Assembly: GCA_031261505.1 (NCBI GenBank)
Contig: JAISJN010000003.1
Location: 6,141-70,140 of the forward strand
DNA length: 64,000 nucleotides
Origin: Clostridioides sp.
Lineage (GTDB): Bacteria; Bacillota; Clostridia; Peptostreptococcales; Peptostreptococcaceae
Direction: 5' to 3'
Shown one piece after another: positions 20,522 to 30,762 of this stretch (position 1 is its first letter; each line of letters starts with the position of its first letter). A program made the position numbers and the translations under genes. The notes beneath the pieces were generated by a model, which saw only the letters and a program-made list of their open reading frames with translations, had not been told where the DNA came from and did no database searches.

Positions 20522-20560
20522 AGCTCCACCTCAATATATAAAATATCGAGCCTTAAATTA

Positions 20561-20601
20561 CCGTAGTTTTTTTTATAGAGAGGAGGCTCACGAACTCTCT
20601 G
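20561..20601 (-). promoter_or_regulatory. preQ1-I riboswitch
   Basis: Minus strand CAGAGAGUUCGUGAGCCUCCUCUCUAUAAAAAAAACUACGG. It has a P1 stem, an A-rich tail and a 3' end that can pair with the loop, like the Bacillus queC element ...CCCUCUAUAAAAAACUAAGG. Confidence 0.85.
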
Positions 20602-20850
20602 ACTACCAATGCAATATTATACTCCTATTTGAGAAATATTTCACTAGTTTTCTATGAAGGACGATTGTTTTTTTGCCTGTTCTTAAGTCTGTCCCCTAAG
20701 AGATCACCTATTTTTTTAAACTCTCCTATTTCTTCAGCTACTTCCATCCTATCGTTTCCCGCTTCTTTTTTGCCGCTCTTATCATCTGATTTTATTCTAT
20801 TTTCAACGCCTTTAATATTCATACACAATACTCCTATCATTATTAGAATT

Positions 20851-20960
20851 AGATATCTTTCTCAAGTTAAATCCTGATTACTTGATACGGGATATCTTTC
20901 TCAGCTTATTATTTGCAATTTATCTATTTTAATTCAAATACCTGATTTAACTTGAGAATT
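20851..20960. repeat. cluster of repeat end-fragments without hairpins
   Basis: AGATATCTTTCTCAAGTTAAATCCTGATT...GGGATATCTTTCTCAGCTTA, and inverted TGATTTAACTTGAGAA. Confidence 0.45.
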
Positions 20961-21062
20961 ATTAACCCTCAATCATCATTTAATACATATCTATATCAGA
21001 CGAGTCATAGATTTATATTAATGATTTATTTCTATATTATTCAGATAAGGGGTGAAATGTGA

Positions 21063-22289
21063 TTGATATTGAATTTAGGTACAACTCAAACTCTAACAGT
21101 AGCTATAATTTTCTATTTTATCGGAGACTTCTTGAAAAATAAGTTGAGACTCTTCGACGAGCTATGTATACCAGCGCCGATTATAGGGGGGTTGTTATTT
21201 GCCGTGTTGAACTTCTCGCTCACAAAATTAGGCGTAGTCGACATAAATATATCAGCTGAATACACCACCTTGTTCATCTACATATTTTTCTCGACTATTG
21301 GCCTTAAAATCAGCTTTAAACTTATTAAGAGCGGCGGGAGTCTACTCTTTAGATACTGGCTGCTCTGCGGAGTCCTCGTGGTATTTCAAAATATAATTGC
21401 AATCTTTGCCTCTAAGGCATTGAACATCAATCCACTTCTCGGGTTGATGTGTGGAAGTATCTCAATGGAGGGAGGGCATGGATACGCTGCAGCCTTTGGG
21501 CAAACAATTCAGGCACTCGGACAAGGCAACGCCGTCGACTTCGGTGTTACCGCTGCGACATTCGGCTTGATATTTGGTGGGATTCTTGGAGGTCCAGTTT
21601 CAAGATTTTTGATAGAGAGACACTCTCTTTGTGGAAAAAAACACAGAACGCACGCATCAGATAACCTACATAAGTCAGATTGTGCCGTCAACCTGCGCTC
21701 AAACAGCTCGTGGAACATCAACCTAAGCCCGCTCTCATTCTTAGAGCATCTACTTGTGATCCTCATCTGTATAAACTTAGGTGATATCCTGTCTAGGCTT
21801 GCCTATAGATTAAACGGATTTATAATGCCCGTGGTAGTATCTAGTATGCTGATGTCTGTAATCTTTAAAAACATAAATGATAAGGTTAACTTTGCCGAGC
21901 TCGACACTAAGTTTTTAAATCTGCTAGGCGATCTATCCCTAGGAATGTTTCTAACAGTCTCGCTCATGAATATAGACCTCTATGAATTATCCGGTGTTCT
22001 TCCTATAATATGTTCTCTCGTATTTTTACAGGTAGCATTTATAATCCTCTTTGGTGTATTCGTATGCTTCAGAGTCTTGGGCAGGGATTACAACGCTGCA
22101 GTAATGATAAGTGGCATGATTGGTCACGGCATAGGTGCAACCCCAAATGCGATGGCAAACATGGCTACCCTCACCGACAAATACGGAGAATCACCTCGAG
22201 CTATCTTGGTAGTTCCACTGGTCAGCTCTTTTCTAATAGATATAATTGGAGTACCATGTATACTTTATTTTATAAATATTTTAAGTTAA
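21063..22289 (+). CDS. gltS: sodium/glutamate symporter
   Basis: 408-aa polytopic protein with GltS-type layout (TLxVAIIFYFIGDFL..., GHGxGATPNAMANM). TTG start after AAGGGG. Confidence 0.85.
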   Translation: MILNLGTTQTLTVAIIFYFIGDFLKNKLRLFDELCIPAPIIGGLLFAVLNFSLTKLGVVDINISAEYTTLFIYIFFSTIGLKISFKLIKSGGSLLFRYWLLCGVLVVFQNIIAIFASKALNINPLLGLMCGSISMEGGHGYAAAFGQTIQALGQGNAVDFGVTAATFGLIFGGILGGPVSRFLIERHSLCGKKHRTHASDNLHKSDCAVNLRSNSSWNINLSPLSFLEHLLVILICINLGDILSRLAYRLNGFIMPVVVSSMLMSVIFKNINDKVNFAELDTKFLNLLGDLSLGMFLTVSLMNIDLYELSGVLPIICSLVFLQVAFIILFGVFVCFRVLGRDYNAAVMISGMIGHGIGATPNAMANMATLTDKYGESPRAILVVPLVSSFLIDIIGVPCILYFINILS

Positions 22290-22350
22290 ACCACTTATGT
22301 TAAATCTATAAATTAATTAAAAAGTTTATTCTTCCTTTTACATAAATAAA

Positions 22351-22390
22351 AAGTTCTTAGACAGAAACTCAATCTAAGAACTTTTTATTT
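22351..22390 (+). terminator. rho-independent terminator after gltS
   Basis: AGTTCTTAGA...TCTAAGAACT followed by TTTTTATTT. Confidence 0.6.
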
Positions 22391-22462
22391 AAATATTGAT
22401 TGCGTGGTGGTTCATTATGTCGCTTACTAATTTGACCACTGCTTAAGCGATGATACCACCTA
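22390..22462 (+). repeat. degenerate repeat copy overlapping the bioY stop
   Basis: AAATATTGATTGCGTGGTGG...resembles the left part of copy I (GATATTGATTGTGTGGTGTGG). Confidence 0.35.
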
Positions 22463-22996
22463 ATAACTTTTCAAATTTACCCTTCTTTCCACCGCTGCCC
22501 CTATTACAGATACCATTGCTATCTTCACTAAATCAAGAGGGACAAATGGTATTACACAAGCTGTAAGTGACTGAATGATGTTCATATCTGTAACAAACAT
22601 GAACACAGCGACACCTAGTCCGTAGTCGAGTAGCAATCCAAGCAAAAGGCCAATCGCATTCATCTTATTAGAACTGAATTTGTCTGAAAAATACCCTACT
22701 ATAAGCGCCATCAGCGGAAAACCTAGTATAAATCCTCCAGTAGGCCCTAAGACAGTTCCAATTCCGCCCTTCATACCTGCGAACACAGGAAGTCCAATCG
22801 CTCCTATGAACACATATAATAGTAGGGAAATAAATGCCCTTCTTCCACCCAGCATGATTCCAGCCAATCCGACGGCAAATATCTGCATAGTCAGCGGCAC
22901 AACCGTAAATGGCAATGGAATTGAGATTTGAGACAGTATCGCCGTCAAACTAGCAAATATCGCACATATGGTTAAATCTCTAGTGTTAATTTTCAT
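22460..22996 (-). CDS. bioY: biotin transporter BioY
   Basis: DLTICAIFASLTAILSQISIPLPFTVVPLTMQIFAVGLAGIMLG, the BioY signature; 178 aa. Confidence 0.9.
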   Translation of the reverse strand: MKINTRDLTICAIFASLTAILSQISIPLPFTVVPLTMQIFAVGLAGIMLGGRRAFISLLLYVFIGAIGLPVFAGMKGGIGTVLGPTGGFILGFPLMALIVGYFSDKFSSNKMNAIGLLLGLLLDYGLGVAVFMFVTDMNIIQSLTACVIPFVPLDLVKIAMVSVIGAAVERRVNLKSY

Positions 22997-23236
22997 AAGT
23001 TTCTCCCTTCAATTACATAAATTTTAAAGTTATTTTGTATACATTGTAATGTATATTTTTACACATTGTCAAACAGTTTTACCTGCCCATGTCTATAGTG
23101 GCAATTATTTCATGTTTCAACATTTGATTTAACATTCCCTTAACATTATTTTAACATATAATTAATATTATAACACATAATATGTAGTAATCTATAAAAT
23201 AGACATATTATGATAAAATGTAGAGGAGGTTTCAAA

Positions 23237-24850
23237 TTGGGTATTGCAATTAATATTTTAGGCGGTCTCGGTCTTTTCCTATACGGTATGACCTTAATGG
23301 GAGATGCTCTTCAGAGAGCTGCGGGAAATAAATTGAAACAGGTGGTCGAATTTTTGACTAGCAACGTTGTTTCTGGAGTTTTGGTAGGTACGGTAGTAAC
23401 TGGTATTATCCAAAGTTCAAGTGCTACGACAGTTATGGTGGTAGGATTCGTAAACGCTGGTATAATGTCATTACAACAGGCGATAGGGGTAATAATGGGT
23501 GCAAACATAGGGACTACGGTCACTGCACAGTTGGTTTCCTTTAATATGGACGGGCTTGCTCCATTGGCACTTGGAATAGGTATTATATTTTATTTATTTT
23601 CATCTAGTGATAAAGTCAAGAGTACAGCAGAAATTCTAATCGGATTTGGTATACTTTTCACAGGTATGTCATTTATGGAGAATTCAGTTGCTCCACTAGC
23701 TAAATTCCCAGCTTTCACTAATGCTCTACTTTACTTTGGTAAAAATCCAGTTCTTGGAGTTATATGTGGTTTTGCCATCACTGGTATTATCCAGAGTTCT
23801 GGTGCTTCAATGGGTATGCTTATAGCCTTATCTTCACAGGGTATACTCCCACTTACGGCAGCATTACCAATCCTATACGGGGATAACATAGGTACTTGCG
23901 TAACTTCACTTATATCTAGTATAGGTGCGAGCAGAAATGCGAGAAGAGCTGCAGTAATGCATCTTTGCTTTAACATTATAGGTACAATTTTATTCATGGT
24001 GGTTCTAAACAGACCTATATCAATTATAGTCACTCATTTAGATCCGACAAATACAGCTAGACAACTTGCAAATGCACATACATTGTTTAACTTAACAAAT
24101 GTAATTATATTATTACCATTTACAAAATACATAGTGAAACTAGCTACTAAACTAGTTCCTATTAAAGAAAACGAAGAAGAAGAACATTCAACTAGCACTA
24201 AATACTTGGATGAAAGAATGATCGAAACTCCATCTTTCGCATTATCAAACACAGTTTTAGAAGTTGTTAGAATGGGTGGAAAGGCAGAAAAGACTTTTAA
24301 GAGCGCTATGTCGGCTATACTTACATACAGTGAGGAAGATAACCGAAAAGCATTTGAGTACGAAAAGACTGTAAATAAACTACAAAAAGACATACTTAAC
24401 TATATACTTAAACTTTCTCAGTCTCATCTCAACGACGAAGAAAGATCTATGGTCAACTCTCTTTACCACGTAGTAAACGACATAGAGAGAATTTCAGACC
24501 ATGCAGAAAACATTGCGGAACTTGCATCTGATTGTAGGAAGAACCACGTTGACTTCTCAGACACAGCTATAACTGAGTTAAAAGAAATCTACGGCAAGAC
24601 ATTGAACAACCTAGATTGTTCCTTTGAAGCTCTAAAGAACATGGACTTCTCACTTGCTAGACAGGTACTCGCAACTGAGGAAGAAGTAAATGTACTCGAG
24701 AAGAGATACAGAAATGCACATATAAATAGGTTAAACGAAGGATCATGTACTATAGATGCTGGCATTGTATTCCTTGATATGCTTACTAATATCGAGAGAA
24801 TTTCAGACCACTGTAAAAATATATCTAGAATAGTACTTGATTATCAATAA
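23237..24850 (+). CDS. Na/Pi cotransporter family protein with C-terminal PhoU-like repeats
   Basis: Duplicated QSSSATT / QSSGASM motifs and two ERISDH PhoU-type motifs. I moved the start to TTG 23237, 7 nt after AGAGGAGG. The track ORF begins at 23210. Confidence 0.9.
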   Translation: MGIAINILGGLGLFLYGMTLMGDALQRAAGNKLKQVVEFLTSNVVSGVLVGTVVTGIIQSSSATTVMVVGFVNAGIMSLQQAIGVIMGANIGTTVTAQLVSFNMDGLAPLALGIGIIFYLFSSSDKVKSTAEILIGFGILFTGMSFMENSVAPLAKFPAFTNALLYFGKNPVLGVICGFAITGIIQSSGASMGMLIALSSQGILPLTAALPILYGDNIGTCVTSLISSIGASRNARRAAVMHLCFNIIGTILFMVVLNRPISIIVTHLDPTNTARQLANAHTLFNLTNVIILLPFTKYIVKLATKLVPIKENEEEEHSTSTKYLDERMIETPSFALSNTVLEVVRMGGKAEKTFKSAMSAILTYSEEDNRKAFEYEKTVNKLQKDILNYILKLSQSHLNDEERSMVNSLYHVVNDIERISDHAENIAELASDCRKNHVDFSDTAITELKEIYGKTLNNLDCSFEALKNMDFSLARQVLATEEEVNVLEKRYRNAHINRLNEGSCTIDAGIVFLDMLTNIERISDHCKNISRIVLDYQ

Positions 24851-24912
24851 AAATCATAAATTTACTCGCAGATGAATATACATTACTATCGACTAATATA
24901 GGTGGTGATTTT

Positions 24913-25209
24913 ATGGCGTCTGCTCCAAGAAAAAAATCAAGAGATGGACTTGTACGTGAAGGCGAAAAGTTATTAATAATTAAGATATTCACTCATACTG
25001 GAGATAAGGTCGAGGTCAAACTTCCGATGGAGTTTGCAAAGATGATGATTGAAGGCAATGTTCTCGATTTCTTCGAAGACAGCGAAGGCTCTATATCTAG
25101 TGAAAAAGCTACAGAGTTAATAGCTCAAGCTTTTGACTACAACCTCTCTGGTGAGATCATCTCACTTGAAAGGCATAATAAAGACCTCATCAAGGTCTAC
25201 CTCGATTAA
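24913..25209 (+). CDS. small hypothetical protein (98 aa)
   Basis: Good RBS (AGGTGGTG), followed by a strong terminator. I see no recognisable motif. Confidence 0.55.
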   Translation: MASAPRKKSRDGLVREGEKLLIIKIFTHTGDKVEVKLPMEFAKMMIEGNVLDFFEDSEGSISSEKATELIAQAFDYNLSGEIISLERHNKDLIKVYLD

Positions 25210-25214
25210 AAAAA

Positions 25215-25238
25215 GGACTGCTATGCAGTCCTTTTTTT
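25215..25238 (+). terminator. rho-independent terminator
   Basis: GGACTGC-TAT-GCAGTCC followed by TTTTTTT. Confidence 0.8.
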
Positions 25239-25321
25239 ATGTTCATTTTTTATCTTTATTAAACCATCTTTCAATATTTATTGAATCATTAACAATATTC
25301 ATTAAATCATTAATTTAGTAT

Positions 25322-26209
25322 TTATCTCTTCATCGAATCCAGGTATTCAACTGCGCTTAGAGCTGCTATCTGACCCTGTCCCGCTGATTTTATATACGAG
25401 TACGGCTTACCTACACAGTCTCCAGCAGCAAAGCAACCAGGTATGTTCGTCCTCATCATAGCATCTACCATGACGTGTCTGTCTTTGGTATCGAGTCCCG
25501 GAACTAAGGCTGCAGGAGTTGTACTGTCCTTAATTACAAATACACCATCTACTGCGAGTTCATCGTGATTTTTGAAGTGAAGGTGGTCGACTAAGTTTTC
25601 ACCAGTGATCTTTGTAGGCTTATCTTTAATTATTTCGATATCGCTATTTAAATCAAGGCTAGACCTCATCATACCAACCTCTGGGAACATCGGCACAAAA
25701 TAAGTCTTAGATGTCAACTCACTGAGGTAATTTGCATCGCTTAAAGCCTCTTTATTGTACCCGATGACTGCAACTGACTTGTCTTTGTACAACATACCAT
25801 CGCAGGTAGCACAATAACCTACACCTTTCCCTAGAAATTCCTCTTCTCCACTTATAGGTTTTGAAAACTCAACCCCTGTAGCCACTATGACTGTAGTCGC
25901 TTCAAACATCTCTTGACCAGACATAAGTGCAAAATAATCACCCATTGAGTACACGCTGTTTATCTTTTTATTATCTATTGATATATCCATGCTTTCTATG
26001 TGTTTTTTAAACCTATCCTTTAGTTCCTCGCCTGAAATATCGTAAAATCCCAGGTAATTATCTACTGATGGAGCTTTCACCAATTTAGAGCTCAACTCGT
26101 CATTTCCAAAGAGTATAAAATTTTTATTCCTAATCTTTGCATTTACTGCAGCTGATAACCCCGCTGCTCCGCTTCCTATTATTGCTATGTCATAACGCAT
26201 ATTTTTCAC
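25322..26209 (-). CDS. trxB: thioredoxin-reductase-like FAD/NAD(P) oxidoreductase
   Basis: GSGAAGLSAA FAD motif, redox-active CATCDG, C-terminal GD motif AAGDC. Confidence 0.85.
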   Translation of the reverse strand: MKNMRYDIAIIGSGAAGLSAAVNAKIRNKNFILFGNDELSSKLVKAPSVDNYLGFYDISGEELKDRFKKHIESMDISIDNKKINSVYSMGDYFALMSGQEMFEATTVIVATGVEFSKPISGEEEFLGKGVGYCATCDGMLYKDKSVAVIGYNKEALSDANYLSELTSKTYFVPMFPEVGMMRSSLDLNSDIEIIKDKPTKITGENLVDHLHFKNHDELAVDGVFVIKDSTTPAALVPGLDTKDRHVMVDAMMRTNIPGCFAAGDCVGKPYSYIKSAGQGQIAALSAVEYLDSMKR

Positions 26210-26365
26210 CTATTCTATTCAAATTATTTCGTTATTTTTTCTATAGTTTACTATTAAAGCACATTCTCATCAAGATAATTTTCCCCTAAATAAGAATAGC
26301 ACCCGCCTAAATAGTTGGGTGCCACCTTCCTAAATAGAGTCTATACTATATAGTATTCATCTATC

Positions 26366-26683
26366 TTATAAATGTGACTTAACTTTTGATTGAATTCTTT
26401 CTTTAGGCATGAAACCAACCATAGTATCTACAGCCTTACCATCCTTGAAGACCATCATAGTCGGTACAGTTGAAACTTGGAATTTTTGTGCTATTTCTAA
26501 ACTTTGATCTATATCTAACTTTAGGAATTTAGCTTCACCCTTCATTTCTTCTCCTAGCTCTTCGAATACTGGTCCTAACATATTGCAAGGTCCACACCAA
26601 GTGGCGAAGAAGTCTACTACAACTACTCCCTTTTCATCCTCAACTTGATTTTTAAATTCGTTTGTGTTTATTATCTTTGCCAT
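26366..26683 (-). CDS. trxA: thioredoxin
   Basis: WCGPC active site; 105 aa. Confidence 0.94.
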   Translation of the reverse strand: MAKIINTNEFKNQVEDEKGVVVVDFFATWCGPCNMLGPVFEELGEEMKGEAKFLKLDIDQSLEIAQKFQVSTVPTMMVFKDGKAVDTMVGFMPKERIQSKVKSHL

Positions 26684-26817
26684 ATCTAATTACCTCCCAT
26701 ATTTATTCCTATATATTATTATATGTTACATATTAACAAAACTATGCTACTGTTTAAAAGCACCTTACTATAATACTATAGATACCCATTAAATAGTAAT
26801 AAAAACATTTTTTCAAT

Positions 26818-28065
26818 CTATTTTCCTAAAAAATTGCTCTGAATTGGTATTTCAAGTTTAAATGTAGTTCCAATACCGAATTGCGAGTCTACTTTTATAT
26901 CTATATATAAATTGTCCGCAAGTAATTTTGCAATCGAAAGCCCAATTCCCGATCCATCGATATCCTTATCTCTCACATTTTCACTCCTGAAGAACCTATC
27001 GAATATATGTGGTATCTCCTCTTTTTTGATTCCATACCCAGTATCCGATATAGATACACTCGCAAATCCATCAAACTTATCTTCCTCTATTTTCATGGTG
27101 ATTACATCATCTGCTGAAGTGTACTTAAACGCATTGTCTATAAATATCTTGATCAGTTTTTCAAGCTCTGCTTTATCTGTTGTGATATCGATTTTGTCAC
27201 AGTCAGAGGTCAATTCGAATCGTTTGCCCTGCATCTGCGCTATATCCTCGTAGTCTTCACAGATTTCGTTCAAGAACCCTATCGCTTCAATCTGCTCTAC
27301 ATGAAGTGAGATAACTGCATCCGCCTTGCTCAAATCCAGTAGATCGCTTACCATCTTCTTTATTTTCCTAGTCTCTCCCATAGCTATAGCAATCTTTTCA
27401 ACCTCGTCGTTAACAGTGTTGTTCGGATGCTTTAGCATTCCCTCAAGCTTGGACGACACAATCGTAATCGGAGTTCGAAGTTCATGTGATGCGTCTTGAA
27501 TAAACTTGGCTTGATTATCCCACACGTCCTCAATAGGGACGAGCGCTTTTTTTGTAAGGTACACAGCCACAAAATACGTCAGAATCATAGAGAACACCGC
27601 AGCCATAAGCAAGGTCCACATGAGCTGATTACGCGCACCCAATTCTGAATCTATATTTCTTATCACCTGTACATTATACTTCCCATTTACTATATCTAGT
27701 ATTCTAAAGTTAAAACCATTTTTTTGGTATGTAAATAGCTCTCTTTCTTTTTTATTTTCTACAGACGGAAGTATCTCTCCGAAATACTCATTTCTAGTGT
27801 AGTATATTATACGCTTTTCACTATATACATAAACCATATCCTTTGGGTCTCTAAGCTCGATAGGTCGCATGTATGAAGTATTTTGCATCTGCATCATTAT
27901 ATTCTGGTATTCACTCGTTATATCTGAATCCACGTTTTTATATGTAGTTACTGTAAAATATGAGAATATAAGGACTGACAAGAGCAGCATAAATCCTCCT
28001 ACAACCAAAATATAAGTTTTTATCAATTGTTTCTTCGTTTTTGTGAATATATCGTTATTCTTCAA
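26818..28065 (-). CDS. sensor histidine kinase
   Basis: H-box SHELRTPIT, N-box IDNAFKY, G1 DTGYGI, G2 GSGIGLSI. Confidence 0.92.
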   Translation of the reverse strand: MKNNDIFTKTKKQLIKTYILVVGGFMLLLSVLIFSYFTVTTYKNVDSDITSEYQNIMMQMQNTSYMRPIELRDPKDMVYVYSEKRIIYYTRNEYFGEILPSVENKKERELFTYQKNGFNFRILDIVNGKYNVQVIRNIDSELGARNQLMWTLLMAAVFSMILTYFVAVYLTKKALVPIEDVWDNQAKFIQDASHELRTPITIVSSKLEGMLKHPNNTVNDEVEKIAIAMGETRKIKKMVSDLLDLSKADAVISLHVEQIEAIGFLNEICEDYEDIAQMQGKRFELTSDCDKIDITTDKAELEKLIKIFIDNAFKYTSADDVITMKIEEDKFDGFASVSISDTGYGIKKEEIPHIFDRFFRSENVRDKDIDGSGIGLSIAKLLADNLYIDIKVDSQFGIGTTFKLEIPIQSNFLGK

Positions 28066-28723
28066 AAATGTATCCCACCTTACGCTTTGTCTTTATACAT
28101 TTATCGTATCCGTACTTGCTCAGTTTTTTTCTTAAAATACTCACGTACACCTCTACTATCTCAATGGTTGCATCTGAGTCAATCCCCCAAATTCTATCGT
28201 AAATCTGTTCTTTAAGTAAAATTGAGCCCTTATTTAAAAGGAAGTACTCTAATAGATTGAACTGTTTGTTTTGAAGTTCAATCTCTTCTTCCCCTACGAA
28301 CAGCTTTCTCTTATTCAAATCCAAAGTCATCTCTCCATGCTTTAGCGTATTTTCATCTTTTATCTTTCCGTTCGTCCTGAGTATTGCATACACTCTAGCT
28401 ACCAATTCCTCCATGTAAAAAGGCTTTGTAAGATAGTCGTTGGCACCTATTTTAAAAGCTTCCATCTTGTCTCCGAGTCCCTCTTTAGCAGTCAGGATAA
28501 GCACCGGTGTATCTATATTTTCGCCCCTAGCCTTGCTTAATATTTCAATTCCAGTTAAATTTGGAAGCATTAGATCTAGAATTACTAAATCGTAGATGTT
28601 TTGCTCCATTAAATAGAGACCCTCTTCCCCATCTCTGCTCGTTTCCACTTCAAAATGATTTTTCATCTCGCTTGAAATCGTATCTAAGAGCTCGCGATTA
28701 TCTTCAACTATTAGTATTCTCAT
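28055..28723 (-). CDS. OmpR-family response regulator
   Basis: Receiver domain (ILIVEDN...DLMLPNLTG...KPF) plus winged helix. It overlaps the kinase gene by 11 nt. Confidence 0.94.
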   Translation of the reverse strand: MRILIVEDNRELLDTISSEMKNHFEVETSRDGEEGLYLMEQNIYDLVILDLMLPNLTGIEILSKARGENIDTPVLILTAKEGLGDKMEAFKIGANDYLTKPFYMEELVARVYAILRTNGKIKDENTLKHGEMTLDLNKRKLFVGEEEIELQNKQFNLLEYFLLNKGSILLKEQIYDRIWGIDSDATIEIVEVYVSILRKKLSKYGYDKCIKTKRKVGYIFEE

Positions 28724-28746
28724 AGTACACCCCTCACAATATATAT

Positions 28747-28840
28747 CTTTAGAAAGATGTCCCCTACCTGTGCAGGTGGGGGACGCTCTTATTCCAGCTG
28801 TGTTTTAATCCACCTCTGAAATCCTTGAATCATAACTAAA
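28747..28840 (-). repeat. intergenic repeat, inverted orientation (D)
   Basis: AGAAAGATGTCCCCTACCTGTGCAGGTGGGGGAC...CCACCTCTGAAATCCTTGAATCATAACTAAA. It sits between the lipoprotein stop and the response-regulator start. Confidence 0.7.
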
Positions 28841-28845
28841 CCGAC

Positions 28846-29691
28846 TTAATGGATTATAGCTATATGAGATTTAAAATCGACATCTACACTCTCATTTTCT
28901 TTTAAATCATCATACATATAACCAACTATCTCTATGCTCTGACATCCCTTATCCGTAGTGACTTCTACACTCGTCTCATCTGACGGTTTAAGTACAGTTC
29001 CACATGATATATGGTCTACACTTGTGTATTCGCCTTTATCGTTTAAATGTGCAACTGTTAGAATTATATTTCCTAAACCTGTAGCAGATGTATTTTTTAT
29101 TTTTACGTTAAATGTTTTAGCTTTTTCCGTATCCAATGTCTCTGTAGCCGAAACTAATAATGATTCATACTGTTTACTATTCTGTATTTTTAGTGATCTT
29201 TTTTCGATAGATACTTTTCCAGTTGCTATATCTACGTTTATACATTTAGATTGTGCGTAGTATTCGTATGATTTGATTTTTATCGAATCTACAAACTCAT
29301 TCGGCACTATTTCTACAAATCCCTTCTCATTCGGCTTTAAAGTCATATCGAAGGCTACAGTAGCATCTTCAGTTATTACATTTCCAGTCTTATCGTACTC
29401 GCTATAGTGGAGTTTTGTATACGCTACATTGAAGTTTGCATTGTTTTCTATTTTTTCGGAGATCGACTTGTCTTCTTCTGTCTTAGATTCGAGTTTATCA
29501 AACCTAATCTTTCCTAACTTTATCGCATTTGCATTGTCCTTATCTACAGCTACCTTTGGTCCTTCTTTTTCGTCTATATTTATCTTAATATCCGTACTAT
29601 CAATAACCTTTTTAGTTTGTGTACACCCAGACAAAGAAGCTCCAAGAATAACTATAATAGATAAAACTGCACCAATTTTTGTTTTTTTCAT
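28846..29691 (-). CDS. lipoprotein of unknown function
   Basis: Signal peptide plus lipobox GASLSGC; 281 aa. Confidence 0.7.
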   Translation of the reverse strand: MKKTKIGAVLSIIVILGASLSGCTQTKKVIDSTDIKINIDEKEGPKVAVDKDNANAIKLGKIRFDKLESKTEEDKSISEKIENNANFNVAYTKLHYSEYDKTGNVITEDATVAFDMTLKPNEKGFVEIVPNEFVDSIKIKSYEYYAQSKCINVDIATGKVSIEKRSLKIQNSKQYESLLVSATETLDTEKAKTFNVKIKNTSATGLGNIILTVAHLNDKGEYTSVDHISCGTVLKPSDETSVEVTTDKGCQSIEIVGYMYDDLKENESVDVDFKSHIAIIH

Positions 29692-29783
29692 ATTAAGCTC
29701 CTCTTGTTGAAATAATATTTCTCAAATTCAACTTTGATATTTCACATTGTAATTTTTCCCTCAAATGAATTTAATCATACTGA

Positions 29784-30500
29784 TTACAAAATGTTCTTGT
29801 AGTTTTTCATAAAATCCTTCAACGCCTGTGTCAATACTACTGGTTTGCTGAATTTAGAGTTGCTACATAATCTCTCAAACTCACTCCATGTATTGCTGTC
29901 GACCCTTATAGTAGTCGATTTCACATCTTTTAATTTTACGGTTTCAACTATTATATCATCTCTTTCGTCATTTGTCTGAATTTCTGCAGATATTTTATCC
30001 TTGACCTGTAGATACCAGTCGTACACCTCGCAAAGTTTATCCATGTCCTCTGGAGTTATATTTATCTTTTTAGTGGTTTTTACAACTTTTCTCTTTTGTT
30101 TAGGCACGTCTTTCTTCACTTTCTCTTTTGTTTCGTTTTTATTTTTCTTACCTGATTTTTCTTTGATATTTTTTGTTTTTCTTGCATTGTCCATGCTCTT
30201 GGTATCTGATTCTAGCTTTCCGATAGCTTCTATAAAGTTCAACTGCTCTGTACCCGATTCATTTACTTTTTTTTCTTTACCTGCTTTATTTCCTTTAGGT
30301 AATTTGCTTTCCTGACTTTCTTTATTTATGTCATTTTCTTCATTTACATATTCGCCCTTAACGGACTTATACCCATTTTTATTTAAAAAGGCTCTTAAAG
30401 TTCCTGGTTTTATATCCATATTATTTGATATTTCATTAAATGACAATTCACTTTTTTGAAGCTCTAAAAATTTATTTAATCTCTCATTATTATCTAGCAA
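29784..30500 (-). CDS. Lys/Glu-rich DNA-binding-type protein (N-terminal HTH-like, C-terminal ribbon-helix-helix-like)
   Basis: FNEISNNMDIKPGTLRAFLNKNGY (HTH-like), then a K/E-rich linker of about 100 aa. The C-terminus TTIRVDSNTWSEFERLC...KPVVLTQALKDFM is RHH-like. I chose the TTG at 30500, after GGGGGG. The track ORF extends into repeat E1. Confidence 0.55.
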   Translation of the reverse strand: MLDNNERLNKFLELQKSELSFNEISNNMDIKPGTLRAFLNKNGYKSVKGEYVNEENDINKESQESKLPKGNKAGKEKKVNESGTEQLNFIEAIGKLESDTKSMDNARKTKNIKEKSGKKNKNETKEKVKKDVPKQKRKVVKTTKKINITPEDMDKLCEVYDWYLQVKDKISAEIQTNDERDDIIVETVKLKDVKSTTIRVDSNTWSEFERLCSNSKFSKPVVLTQALKDFMKNYKNIL

Positions 30501-30521
30501 TAAAATCCCCCCATGTATTCT

Positions 30522-30626
30522 ATCTTTTCTCAAGTTAAATCTTGATTGCGTGTTGGGGATTTGCCCCAACTGAAATGAGAATTATGTCCGCCATCTGTAA
30601 TGATGGCGGATATCTTTCTCAAGTTA
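30522..30626 (+). repeat. intergenic repeat, tandem unit E1
   Basis: ATCTTTTCTCAAGTTAAATCTTGATTGCGTGTTGGGGATTTGCCCCAACTGAAATGAGAATTATGTCCGCCATCTGTAATGATGGCGGATATCTTTCTCAAGTTA. Confidence 0.88.
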
Positions 30627-30723
30627 AATGTTGATTCAACGCTTTCTGCTGGGGATTTTCCCAGCTGAAATGAGAATTATGTCTGCCATCTGTAATGATG
30701 GCGGATATCTTTCTCAAGTTATA
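30612..30723 (+). repeat. intergenic repeat, tandem unit E2 (shares the TCTCAAGTTA junction with E1)
   Basis: ATATCTTTCTCAAGTTAAATGTTGATTCAACGCTTTCTGCTGGGGATTTTCCCAGCTGAAATGAGAATTATGTCTGCCATCTGTAATGATGGCGGATATCTTTCTCAAGTTATA. Confidence 0.9.
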
Positions 30724-30762
30724 TTGTACCACAGAATTCGACTAATTTCCTAAATATTGCTG

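Noticed and set aside
20652-20840. 62-aa minus-strand ORF between queT and gltS, a possible small protein (MNIKGVENRIKSDDKSGKKEAGND...).
   Set aside because: It has no recognisable motif and only a weak RBS. It is overlapped by an equally long plus-strand ORF. The region is littered with repeat end-fragments. I could not support it as a gene, but it is not excluded.
23036-23075. Possible BirA operator upstream of bioY (palindrome TACATTGTAATGTA and direct ACATTGT repeats).
   Set aside because: Spacing and half-site sequence do not fit the about 40-bp TGTnAAC-N14-16-GTTnACA layout that I remember for BirA sites. The palindrome alone is weak evidence in AT-rich DNA.
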